From Eledone cirrhosa (taxonomy: Eukaryota), in contig OZ024755.1 of the NCBI GenBank assembly GCA_964016885.1, positions 29,450,001 to 29,514,000 on the forward strand: a stretch of DNA of 64,000 nt. Direction: 5' to 3'. The position numbers and the translations under genes are program-made. The notes beneath the pieces were generated by a model, which did not search any database, had not been told where the DNA came from, and saw nothing but the letters and a program-made list of their open reading frames with translations. Shown here piece by piece: positions 15,839-26,742 of the stretch. Within the stretch, counting starts at the first letter, position 1; every line of letters starts with the position of its first letter.

Positions 15839-16706
15839 AAACAATTGACCAATTTACAGAAAAAGTTGTGCATGGATACTTGAGGCGTAAAACACAGACC
15901 ATAGAGGGGATAAACCACTCAAAAAGCCTGGCATAGAGTTCCGACAAGTTTATGACATCACACCTTGAGGCATATCTCTATGTAATACAGGAACAAGAAC
16001 TCCCTACCAAATATCTGCTGCACAAAAGAGGTGGGCCAGCAGCTGACAATAAATGTAGGCTATGTAAAACAAAGATCGAGGATGTAAGCCACATTGTTGC
16101 CAGCTGCGAAAGAATGTCATCTCGCTACTACCTCCCCATGAGACACGATGGGATAGCTAGAACCATCTGGAACGCACTTCGGAAAACAAAATTAACAACA
16201 AACGAGGAAGAATATATTGAGACATATGGCACTAAGGAATACTGGTGGAACCTGAAAATAAAAACTGCCACCAAATTAAAGCACAACCGGCCTGATATTG
16301 TAGTTTGGGACCACACATTGAAAACGTGTTCTGTTATGGAGATCAGCTGCCCACTTGATGTAAACGTTGTCAGAAAAATACAGGAGAAGGAGGACATATA
16401 CGGACCATTGATGAGGAGTTTACAAATCCAGTATCCAAGATACACCTTTAGCTTCATACCCATCATTATTGGTGCTACGGGTTATATACCAACCCGCTTG
16501 GACCAAAGTATGACTGAACTTGGATTTGCTGACAAAAAGCGGAGCTCCCTAATTCATAGTCTACAAATGGCTGCGATAGCTGGCACCTTCAAAATTTGCA
16601 AAACATTCTTGCGATTCAAGGGATGACAATTTCTTTTCTTTTACAACCTTGCCACCAGGAAGGTGGCCGGTCAAAAAAATATACTCAAAATTAAGAGAAA
16701 GAGAAA
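15838..16706 (+). mobile_element. 5'-truncated R4/Dong-like non-LTR retrotransposon (CCHC plus restriction-like endonuclease)
   Basis: ORF 15952-16626 has CRLC-x8-H-x4-C, RHD, HNRPDIVVWD, EISCP and EKEDIY motifs; frame continues upstream through one TAG at 15934-15936; (CATA)n on both sides. Confidence 0.9.
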
Positions 16707-16707
16707 A

Positions 16708-16846
16708 CACATACATACATACATACATACATACATACATACATACATACATACATACATACATACATACATACATACATACATACATACATACATACAT
16801 ACATACATACATACATACATACATACATACATACATACATACATAC
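16708..16846. repeat. (CATA)n microsatellite
   Basis: Direct reading. Confidence 0.97.
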
Positions 16847-18499
16847 GTGCACAAGTGTATGTGTGTGTATGACAATGAAAATAGATGTTTTATGCATTGC
16901 ATTAAATCTGGTATAAGTAACCATTTTTCGCTCTGCATGATATTTTTCAAAGGAATGGGGTAATTGGTTCAATTCATAGAATCTATTACACAGAATCAAT
17001 ACTTACAAAGAAGTCTGAAATAGAAAAAAAGAATGTAACATTGTGTAATCTATATTTTTTACTTAGCATAGGTAGCTGAGACAGTTTTTCCACATACCTA
17101 GAAATCATTTCTGTCCGTACCATAAATGTAATAAAGATTTTAACAAAAATGCTATAAAATGTTTGTTCCAGTACAACTACGTAAAATCCGTCAAAACATC
17201 AACTCCACAATCTAATTTAACGCACACAAAAATACACATTGTAAGAGCATTATCTATGTTAACTGACTTTTAACAATAAACGTCCAGATCGTGATCCAGT
17301 TTATTAATGCAGTGGTTGTCTTTAACATTTTACCTGAATATTTCAATTCTATATACCCAATTTTTTCTATTTGTCTCTGTCATATAAGCTTCTTTTTTTA
17401 TTTACTTAATTGTCGGTGTTATGTGAAACGTAATAAAATGATGTAGACACAGGTTTACATAAGCATAAGTACCTACTCACGTTTTTCTTCTTGTTTTTCT
17501 TCTGTAATGTTATATACGCGTATATGTCTCCAAGTCCAACTCCAATTCCATTAATTGAGAAGTTGTTTCTAGCTTATAGCTATCTTATCCTATACATCTG
17601 TACATATAGTCATAGCGGTGAATATGGTGGCAGTGGAGACGGTGATAGTGTTACTGGTCATCATCATCATCATCATCATCATCATTATCATTATCATCAC
17701 CATCATCACCATCATGATAATCCTGATCATGATACCAAAGTGTAAATGGTTTTGTTCGTTTTGAGGATGATGGGACTGGCGGCATCTCATCAGATTTACC
17801 AAAGGCTATTTCTATGATAACAATGATTGTATGCTTTTGTTAATAGCCCGGAATAGTCTTCATGTAGCAGATACATTCTAGCTTTATACTCTTAACTTTC
17901 TGTATATATAGAACTAACTTGTTTTAATACAGCCGCTCTATTTTTGGGACATTATCGTGTGATTCCATGAAATTTAGCTGTTATTGATTACGCCTGCGAC
18001 CGCGGGGGTTATGATGTTTATTTTACAAAACTATCTGTATCTTATTGTACATGTGTTGCCGCGGTTCAAGATATTATTAACAAGGAATTCACATAAATAT
18101 GAATAAGATGAGAAAGAAGAGGATTAATCAAAACATTTAACGTATAATTTGTTATCTGATATCAGTAAGCAAATCTTATTCATTTATCATCACGGTTAAC
18201 TAAACTAGATCCAGAATCAAACATGAATAACGAAGAATAGTGATATTTGTATCTTTTTTGTTTCTATAAAGTGTGTGTTGCTCTTTATTTCATATGCTCT
18301 TCTATTTCATTACAGATTGCTAAATAACAGCATCGTGGGTTACAGCTTTTCAATGAAACGAACAACAGATCACTGCACCTCTGATAGTGAGTTTATTAAA
18401 AGTGCATCGTAAACAAATTCATCAAGATTTTTTCCAATGTTTAATACCAACATCTCTCTCTCTCTCTCTCTCTCTCTATGTATGTATTATTTTTTCTCG

Positions 18500-18715
18500 A
18501 TCAAAAGATCAAAAGATGGTTAAAAGAGTTCCATGTATTTTATTATGCTCATTTCAAAATCAAATATCATCATGCAATAACATTTGCGTTTTCGTCAGAT
18601 AAAATAGGGAGACATGATATGAAGGTTAAAACACACTTGTGAATAGTGCAGTTTTAAATTAACATATTATCCGATATCTGCATTTCTTTATTGTACTACA
18701 ATAAAACTCACCTCC

Positions 18716-18719
<4 letters not shown>
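18500..18719. mobile_element. Family E element: inverted hammerhead arm joined to forward tail
   Basis: 18505-18655 matches 44953-45100; 18668-18719 is the family E tail in the opposite orientation, ending in (TA)n. Confidence 0.8.
18536..18606 (-). ncRNA. Type I hammerhead ribozyme fold (family E)
   Basis: Minus: TATTTTAT-CTGACGA-stem II-GAAA-TGAGCA-TA-ATAAAATA. Confidence 0.7.
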
Positions 18720-18776
<57 letters not shown>

Positions 18777-18780
<4 letters not shown>

Positions 18781-19370
18781 GTTAAAATACTGGAGCGTGT
18801 TGGAGTTAAACACCCTCTTCGTATTATAGAAATGACAGTAAAAGGTATAACTCAATGTAGTTAAACAGAGCCGAAGAATTAAGAAAGTAAAACAAAGAAG
18901 CCTTCAATACATCAAAAGTCTCTATGTATGTGTATGTGTGCGTACGTGTGCGTACATATATACATATGTATATTGTACCTTTTAATTTTTATTGTAATTT
19001 TAATATTGGTAAAGGTATATTATATTATATTACATTGTATTATATATAATTCCTGCTCTATATAGCCACCTTTGTTTAGCTCTAGGGTTTTTTTGCTTTG
19101 GACTATATTTGTAATATGGTTCTTAATGTTATACACCTCCTTAGTAATTTTTATTATATATTTTTATTATTTTTATTATATATTGTTACCCATAATCTTA
19201 CAATACTTTAGTGTATGTACACTCCATATTCTTCGGAGTTTCCGGCTTGTATTGGCCGATAATACTTCTTGTTGTTTTAATTGCCCTGATGAGTCCTTAA
19301 TAGGACGAAACTTTGTCGGCTAATAAAGACTTTTGATGTATTGAAGGCTTCTTTGTTTTACTTTCTTAAT
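18777..19370. mobile_element. Family B inverted-arm element
   Basis: 44-bp arms 18878-18921 and 19327-19370, unpaired extension 18777-18877, hammerhead just before the right arm; (TA)n on both sides. Confidence 0.8.
19283..19320 (+). ncRNA. Minimal type I hammerhead ribozyme fold
   Basis: GCC-CTGATGA-GTCCT-TAAT-AGGAC-GAAA-C-TTT-GTC-GGC: full core, stem I GCC/GGC, GUC cleavage triplet; AATAAA at 19322. Confidence 0.88.
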
Positions 19371-19384
19371 ATATATATATATAT

Positions 19385-19732
19385 TAAATTGTTAAACAAT
19401 ATTCAATGATTATGTCAAAGAATGAGTTTTACAGTAGATTGGAAGCACTCAACGATAAAATAATTTTCTGGAGTTATTAATATTAAAATATAAGTATTAA
19501 TAAAATAGATGTTCTTTTCATCAATTACATTTTATTATACATATTTCGGATGTACAACAGTACGTCCTCATCAGACAAAATATAATGATACATGACATAC
19601 CCTGATATGTTAAATGGTTAAGATTTAATCAAGGTAGTATGACGAGGACGTACTGTCGTACATCCGAAATATGTATAATAAAATGTAATTGATCAAAAGA
19701 ACATCTATTTTATTAATACTTATATTTTAATA
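19385..19732. mobile_element. Family C inverted-arm element
   Basis: Arms ~19480-19573 and 19640-19732, extension 19385-19479; TA-rich flanks. Confidence 0.8.
19530..19580 (-). ncRNA. Type I hammerhead ribozyme fold (family C)
   Basis: Minus: TTTTGT-CTGATGA-GGACGTAC-TGTT-GTACATCC-GAAA-TATGTA-TA-ATAAAA; decayed partner on plus at 19639-19683. Confidence 0.8.
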
Positions 19733-19744
19733 TATATATATATA

Positions 19745-19778
<34 letters not shown>

Positions 19779-19796
19779 CGCACGCACATACACACA

Positions 19797-19841
<45 letters not shown>

Positions 19842-19913
19842 AATTAGTTTATCTAGTAACATATATGGGAGTGAAATTTTAGTAAGTTAATTTTATAATT
19901 TTCTTATTTTACG

Positions 19914-19996
<83 letters not shown>

Positions 19997-20454
19997 CTAT
20001 CATTATCATTCTTATTCTTATTCTTATTATTTTTGTATTTCTTATTATCATTATTATTAATACTTACTATGTAAACGACAGCCATTACATTTTTTCAATA
20101 CCTCAACTGGAAAAAAATAGTAAGCTTATTAGTTAAAATGTCTCTCGAAAACAGAGATCTCCTGTAGAGCGTTATATTATGTTTGAGTTTCATTTCTAGT
20201 AAGATCTTATTGTTTGGACTAATTAAAAATCTCAAAATAAAGCAATTCGTGAAGAGAACATTGTTCGTGTATTCATTTAGTTGAATTGAAAACGTCGCTT
20301 GAGTTCCAGTAAGTTTTGCCTTTATAATATATTTATAAAGTGTTTGATAGATACAAAAAAAGTGTTAGTATGCACCAAAACAAATACAAAAAAATTATCT
20401 TCAGTGCCACAGGCACATCTACATCATGGATTTATACTCACATCAATCAAAGAA

Positions 20455-21062
20455 GGGCAGTAACTTGTGGGGATGGGAAACTCGATTAAATAGACGTCAG
20501 TGCATGACTGGTACTTTATTCTGTCGACCCCGTAAGGATGAAAGGCAAAGTTAACTTCGGCAGGATTTGAACTCAGATCATAAAGGGGCGTAACTCTATG
20601 CTACAAAGCATGGCGTCCGACCCTCTACCAATACTGGCAATCCACCACGATAAAAATGATGGTAGGCACAAGGCTAGCAATTTGAAGCAGGGGGGCGGGG
20701 GTCGGTTAAATCGACCCCAGTGCGTTACTTGTGTATTATTGTATCGAAACCGACGAGGCAAAGCTAACCCGGGCGGATTTGAACTTAGAACGAAAAGGGC
20801 CGTAACTCTATGCTGCAAAGCATGGTGTCCGGACCTCTACCGATAATATTCAATAGTTAGGCACAAGGCCAGCAATTTGAAGGGGAGTGAAAGTTGACTA
20901 AATCGACCCCAGTGTTAAACTGGTACTTTATTATATCGACCCCGTAAGGATGAAAGGCAACGCTTAACCCCGGCGGGATTTGAAATCAGAAAGTCAGGGG
21001 TCGTAAGTATGCCCCAAAGCATATCATTCGACGCTCTACTGACACTGCCAATTGGCCACAAT
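20455..21062 (-). mobile_element. Three diverged SINE copies head-to-tail
   Basis: SINE core recurs at ~20510, ~20730 and ~20920. Confidence 0.85.
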
Positions 21063-21149
21063 GAGCGACATATAGGGGACAATACAAAGACAGGGACGGC
21101 GGAGTAAAAATCAAAAGTAACAATTACAATAAACAAGAAAAATACAAAC

Positions 21150-21925
21150 AACAGAGTTCTCCAATAGGAGGAATAACCACCAAGGGGCAAATGAAGTACC
21201 CCCAAAATCCTGAATCACCCGACCCTTCGATGGCACCGAGCAAGGGAACACCTCTCCACCTCAAATTAACCAGCCTACAGGTGCATACGCAGAGTAGGCA
21301 CATTCACAAGGGCCATTGCTAGCCACATCCACCCACCTTTTAGCAAATGTAGTACGGGTGTCAGCACTTCTCTCTCCACCCTCACCTTCCTTTCGAAGTG
21401 AAACCTGAAAACGTTGATGGGGGATTAGTCGATGAGAAAAGTGTTTCGACTATGATGTCGTCCCCATTTGCCGACACAGCATTTCCGCGTCCTGAATCGA
21501 ACAGGATGCTCTGCAACAACTCCAACTTCCGCAGTGAAAGCTCGAGACAGAACACCACTGAGTTTCCGAAAAATGGCCGTTAACTTTAACCACCGAGCAG
21601 ATGCCGATGTGCATTGCAGCGATCCAGCCTCTGAAGACGAGACACGGGAATTAAGCTGACTGCCTTGAGGACAGTGTCCAGGTATCGATGGTCGACCCTA
21701 TCGAAATCTTTCGATTGATCTAATTTGATAAGAGCCCCACGGAATCCAGGTTTATAACATACCCTCCCTATGATGTATCACATAAGATAGAGGTTGTCGT
21801 ATATGGACATGGTCGAGATTGTCCAGTTTGCGCTTCGCCTTCCAAATCCTTGACAACAAGCGCCAACCTCTTTACTAACCCCTTGACCAAAACCTAAAAC
21901 TCAGTATTCCGTAAAGTTATCCCTC
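21150..21925 (-). pseudogene. Decayed Tx1/L1-clade reverse transcriptase
   Basis: Minus translations LDQSKDFDRVDHRYL (~21680-21722) and VSANGDDIIV (~21447-21477) match the D..KAFDRV.H and YADD motifs; ends approximate. Confidence 0.8.
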
Positions 21926-21939
21926 TTGTTGTCGTCTTT

Positions 21940-22136
<197 letters not shown>

Positions 22137-22215
22137 TTGTTTGTTTCACCAGGGAGTGAAAAGCCCCCAGTTGTTGTCACAACACTTTTCTTGGAGAGGG
22201 AAACTCTGAAAAGTT

Positions 22216-22340
22216 TAATATAGATGAGATTCTACAGGACTAGAACTGTTTCATTCTTTAGAAATCATCAGGAATCAGATTCTTGATGATTTCTAAAGAA
22301 TGAAACAAACAGTTATAGTCCTGTAGAATCTCATCTATAT

Positions 22341-22342
<2 letters not shown>
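22216..22342. mobile_element. Family I fold-back element
   Basis: Near-perfect palindrome, apex 22277; homologues at 40529-40652 and 46141-46205. Confidence 0.8.
22228..22276 (-). ncRNA. Type I hammerhead ribozyme fold (family I)
   Basis: Minus: GATTC-CTGATGA-TTTC-TAAA-GAAT-GAAA-CAG-TTCTAGTC-CTG-TA-GAATC. Confidence 0.75.
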
Positions 22343-22386
<44 letters not shown>

Positions 22387-22422
22387 AAGAGAGAGAGAGA
22401 TGTGTGTGCATATATATATATG

Positions 22423-22461
<39 letters not shown>

Positions 22462-22466
22462 AGTGC

Positions 22467-22512
<46 letters not shown>

Positions 22513-22884
22513 GCATGTGTCTGTGTGGTTGTGTTATTGTGTGGTTTCCTAAATGCAAGTAAGCAAACATGCGAAAAATACTAACGCGTTGAATATTTTA
22601 ATAATCAATTTTTTTTTTTATGAATGCATGCTCTTCTACCTCCATCTTGGATTAGTTTCTGAGAGGATATGTAGAAATATTTCGAAGAGGCGTAATCTGT
22701 AAAATGAAATTCATTCTCAACACTGGTTCAGTGCCTGCAGCTTGAGATATCACGGATTTCATTATGTATGTAGGGTATTTTGTTGATTTTGTTCAGAAAT
22801 AATTCATAGATAATATATACATCACACTCTGTCTCTCCTTGTCCCCCTTTCCTTCATCTGAATATATATTTTGTCGTAATAGGG

Positions 22885-23100
22885 TTTTTTTTTATATAGG
22901 CACAAGGCCAGCAATTTTGGGGGAGGGGAAAGTCGATTAAATCGACACCAGTGCGTGACTGGTACTTTATTTTATCGACCCCATAAGGATGAAAGGCAAA
23001 GTTAACCTCGGCCGGCTTTGAACTCAGATCATAAAGGGCCGTAACTCTATGCTGCAAAGCATGGCGTCTGACCCTCTGCCGATACTGCCAATCCACCACC
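22885..23100 (-). mobile_element. Full-length SINE with TSD
   Basis: Flanked by TATATTTTGTCGTAATAG at ~22865 and ~23102. Confidence 0.9.
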
Positions 23101-23347
23101 CTATATTTTGTCGTAATAGTACATGAAACACACACATTCACCCACGTAAACTATATCAATACAAACACTATAGACAAACCACACACATATTTATATTTAT
23201 ATACTTATTTACACACATATACATACACACGCGCCGCACACATATATACATACACACAGACAGACAGACAGACACATACACACGCACACACATATACACA
23301 TACACACACACCCACACACACGCGCGCGCACATATACATATATATGT

Positions 23348-23487
23348 AACAAAGAAAGAGTGGTAAGGAACCAGGTGGGCCATAACGCAACAGAGTACTC
23401 AATACTTAGGGTAGTAGAGTGGGTAATAGGAACAAGTAAGACCCCGACGGCTGAGCTCCGGCCGTTTCGACAGCTAGATCCAGCTGT
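23348..23487 (-). mobile_element. Family A variant single arm
   Basis: Family A extension and arm ending in the mini-hairpin ACAGCTAGATCCAGCTGT. Confidence 0.8.
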
Positions 23488-23520
23488 GTATATATATATA
23501 TGTATTTCACTAAACTTCCA

Positions 23521-23582
<62 letters not shown>

Positions 23583-23669
23583 TTTAAAAGGTTTTTAAAA
23601 TCCAACGTCAATAAATACGCCAGGATTTTTTCATTCATATGTATATGTATGTATATATATATATGTAAA

Positions 23670-23711
<42 letters not shown>

Positions 23712-24045
23712 TTTACATATATATGTACATACATATACATATACGTGTTTTGCAACCGGTTACTTTGTGGCTCAATGAAAAATTAATAAATTAAACAATC
23801 AGAGCTATATATCATAAAACATGTCTATATATATATGTAAACTTTTATATGTAATAATCTCCCACTAGTTTGAGATACAAATTTGGCTGTATTGTGCTGT
23901 GCTTTCTAACAAAAATGCCACCAGTCGTAAACAACTACCACACCCCTTCCAACTTGACCGCGACTACGTCACGACTTTTAGCCATTTTGAAATGAATTCT
24001 TGGCGCGATCGCTTTGGAAAATTTAGTGTCTAGATATGAGCGAGC

Positions 24046-24129
24046 TTCCTGAAGAATCCGGCGCTCGAGTTTACAGAATTATTACATAATTATTAGAAAA
24101 CTCAAAACACGGACGAAACCATGGTAGAG
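24046..24129 (+). ncRNA. Type I hammerhead ribozyme fold with extended stem II
   Basis: TTC-CTGAAGA-ATCCG...CGGAC-GAAA-CCATGG-TA-GAG; inner stem GAGTTT/AAACTC; lies inside a segment bounded by inverted ATATCATAAAACATGTCTATA (~23809 and ~24382). Confidence 0.75.
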
Positions 24130-24550
24130 ATATTTAAATGTATTCTATTTTCTCCTAGTTTATTTTAACCTAATTCTGTTTAGTTGACTATATCTAGGCG
24201 ATTACGCTGTCGAAATATTCGATAAATATTCCGCTACGGCCGACGCGAAGCGCTAGTTTCGGTTATTTGTCGGAGATTCCTTCATAGAAGCCTCATTCTT
24301 ATAGCCTGGTCTATTCGATTTTTTATATAGTTAATTATGCTAATTGGGAGAGGAAATAGTATATATTTTATCTTGTGATTCTATAGACATGTTTTATGAT
24401 ATATATATATATATATATTTATAAATGGAAGTTTAGTGAAATCGAAGTTGCGCTGTAACCAAGCTACATTGTTAGACCTGAATGTATTTTCGTTGCTAGT
24501 CTTACCTACCACATTGGCTGCACATCCCTAATTGTATAACGTTTATATAT

Positions 24551-24746
24551 AAGTAGTTCCACAACAGTTAGTTCACCATACGGAGAACAAATGTTTGACC
24601 TGATAAGGTGAAACATTTGTTTCACCTTATCACGTGAGACATTTACTCTCGATATGGTCAACTAACTGTTGTGGAACTACTTCTACCAAACTCGTGCCAT
24701 GGACCGAGTGCTCTATTACTATGGTTATAACCCTCCAGTGTTCTAC

Positions 24747-24750
<4 letters not shown>
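24551..24750. mobile_element. Family J fold-back element
   Basis: Arms spanning 24551-24682, apex 24616-24617; extension with GAGTGCT (24706-24712) running into (TA)n. No intact hammerhead core seen. Confidence 0.7.
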
Positions 24751-24793
<43 letters not shown>

Positions 24794-24841
24794 TAAACAA
24801 ATAATGAATAAACAATTTCTTATATTAAACAAAAAAAGTTC

Positions 24842-24983
24842 ATTATTTAACGATCGTTTCTAGGATATATATGTGTTAGAGTTGGCATGCATATTCAACA
24901 GATCTATGTACAAAATTATACAAAATTATACAAACTATCAAGATTAAATATACATACCAACACATATATACGCCGTCTTCAGA

Positions 24984-24989
<6 letters not shown>
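24842..24989 (-). ncRNA. Type I hammerhead ribozyme fold with ~115-nt domain II (family F)
   Basis: Minus: ATTATTT-CTGAAGA-CGGCGTATATATGTGTTGG...CTAACACATATATATCCTA-GAAA-CGATCG-TT-AAATAAT; stem I is a perfect 7 bp. Confidence 0.75.
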
Positions 24990-25014
<25 letters not shown>

Positions 25015-25389
25015 ATCAGATGGTGGATGGGTGCTACACGAGAATGCTGAGGATGGCTCTGAACATTAATCAGCATACACTGAAGATGAAAAACTCAGAG
25101 CTGTATGGGAGCATCCCAAAAGTCAGCTCAAAAGTGACACAGAGGAGACTGAGGTTAGCTGGACATGCTCACCGACATCCAGAGTTGACATTGCACTCAG
25201 TGCTCATGTAGGAGCCCCTACATGGACACACTAGAAGAGGAAGACCAAGGTTAACGTATGTTGATGCCCTAAGGACAGACACTGGTCTGTTGGAGACGCA
25301 GGACATGGCAGCAATAATGAGGGACAGAGACCGCTGGAGAGAACTCGTCCATGGATCTCGGGAATTTTACCTGCCTTAGATATAGATAT

Positions 25390-25390
<1 letters not shown>
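25015..25390 (+). mobile_element. RTE-X LINE 3' end
   Basis: DGCYTRMLRMALNI...RRLRLAGHAHRHPEL, one internal stop, then GRPRLTYVDAL; TAGA-type tail into (TA)n. Confidence 0.85.
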
Positions 25391-25447
<57 letters not shown>

Positions 25448-26244
25448 GACCAGATACTTTTAAATATATGATATTTATAACTAATAGTATTTGCTTTTAT
25501 TTGTTACCATGAGGAATGGAGAAGTGGTCCATCACGATTATGGCACATTTATTTATAAATGGATGTGCGCAACTTTGTATCTATATATGTACGTATGTAA
25601 TATATGTGTATGTATGCTTCGTTCAGTAAGTTAAGTAAGTTATGTCTCCCAGCGAAGTTTGCTCTTTTCAGGGAAACAAACTCCTCTGTCCTTCCGAACC
25701 GCAAATTGCCTAACAGATAAAAAGATAAACCTTGTAACATCAAAGCCGTTATATTATACATAAGCAAATAATTTCGTACACTTCTTCAAGTACATCTTAA
25801 GAAATTTAGCTTTAAATATGTTTGGATATAGATGTAAAAAAAAACAAATAAGAATACAGAGGTTTCCTGTAAGTGTTTATACAAGGAATCTTTCATTTGT
25901 ATATACACATATGTATTAATGTTTATATTTCTTGAATTTGATACAGATTTAATAAAAGAAAAGAAAAAACACAGTTCTCGCAAACTTTCTCTATTTGATG
26001 TTTCTTCGTGTTTTTGTATCCGAATTTCCAGAGATTTATTGATTTATGTAAGTAACCAATATATTATATAGAACAGCCGAGAAATATGTTGACTTATACA
26101 TCAATATTTATCTTGTCATTTAGTAATATGTGTTAAAATATGAATGTAAATGTTATGTGTAATAATTTCAGTTACACACACACACACCTAATGGGAGTAG
26201 ACAAGCGAGAGCGGAGTTGGATACATACATATATACATATATAC

Positions 26245-26742
26245 ATGATGGCTGCAACCTTTGCTAAGAGTAATGCAATCGTTTGTCAGATTATAGAGTT
26301 TGGTGCACTTTTAGGCTACAGCTAGTCACACAAGCCTGTAACATAGTCTGAACAAGCAATGCCTGTGCTTTGAAGGCTTTTTAAATGGAGTAAGGCCTTG
26401 CACTCGACTAATCGCACTTTCTGAGCATCAAAAACACTACCCGAAAAGGAGAACTGGTCAACATTATCGGATGCTTCCGAAGCCACAGGCTCTTTTTCAG
26501 AGTTTCCCTCCCCTAGAAAGGTATTGTGACAACAACTGGGAGCCTTTCACTCCCAGGTTAAGAAAAAGTACTATTTGGATGGCCGTTGGCTCTCTTGTGT
26601 TCCTCCGACCTTTGCTGGGTGTCCAAATATCACCCTCCTCACCTAGCAAGCTTGGTGGGGTCGCCGGTTTAGTCGTCGACGACCCGACCATGAGACAGGT
26701 GGTACTGAGTTACATGTTACTAGTAGCACTCGAGAGCGACAT
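26245..26742 (-). mobile_element. Dispersed repeat, possibly non-autonomous RTE-derived
   Basis: 26245-26410 recurs at 60103-60270; 26490-26560 recurs inverted at 22146-22212; minus strand has GGAGGGAAACTCTGA, like RTE 5' UTRs. Confidence 0.5.

Noticed and set aside
17491-17745. Poly-His ORF
   Set aside because: (CAT)n microsatellite with no domain or splice support.
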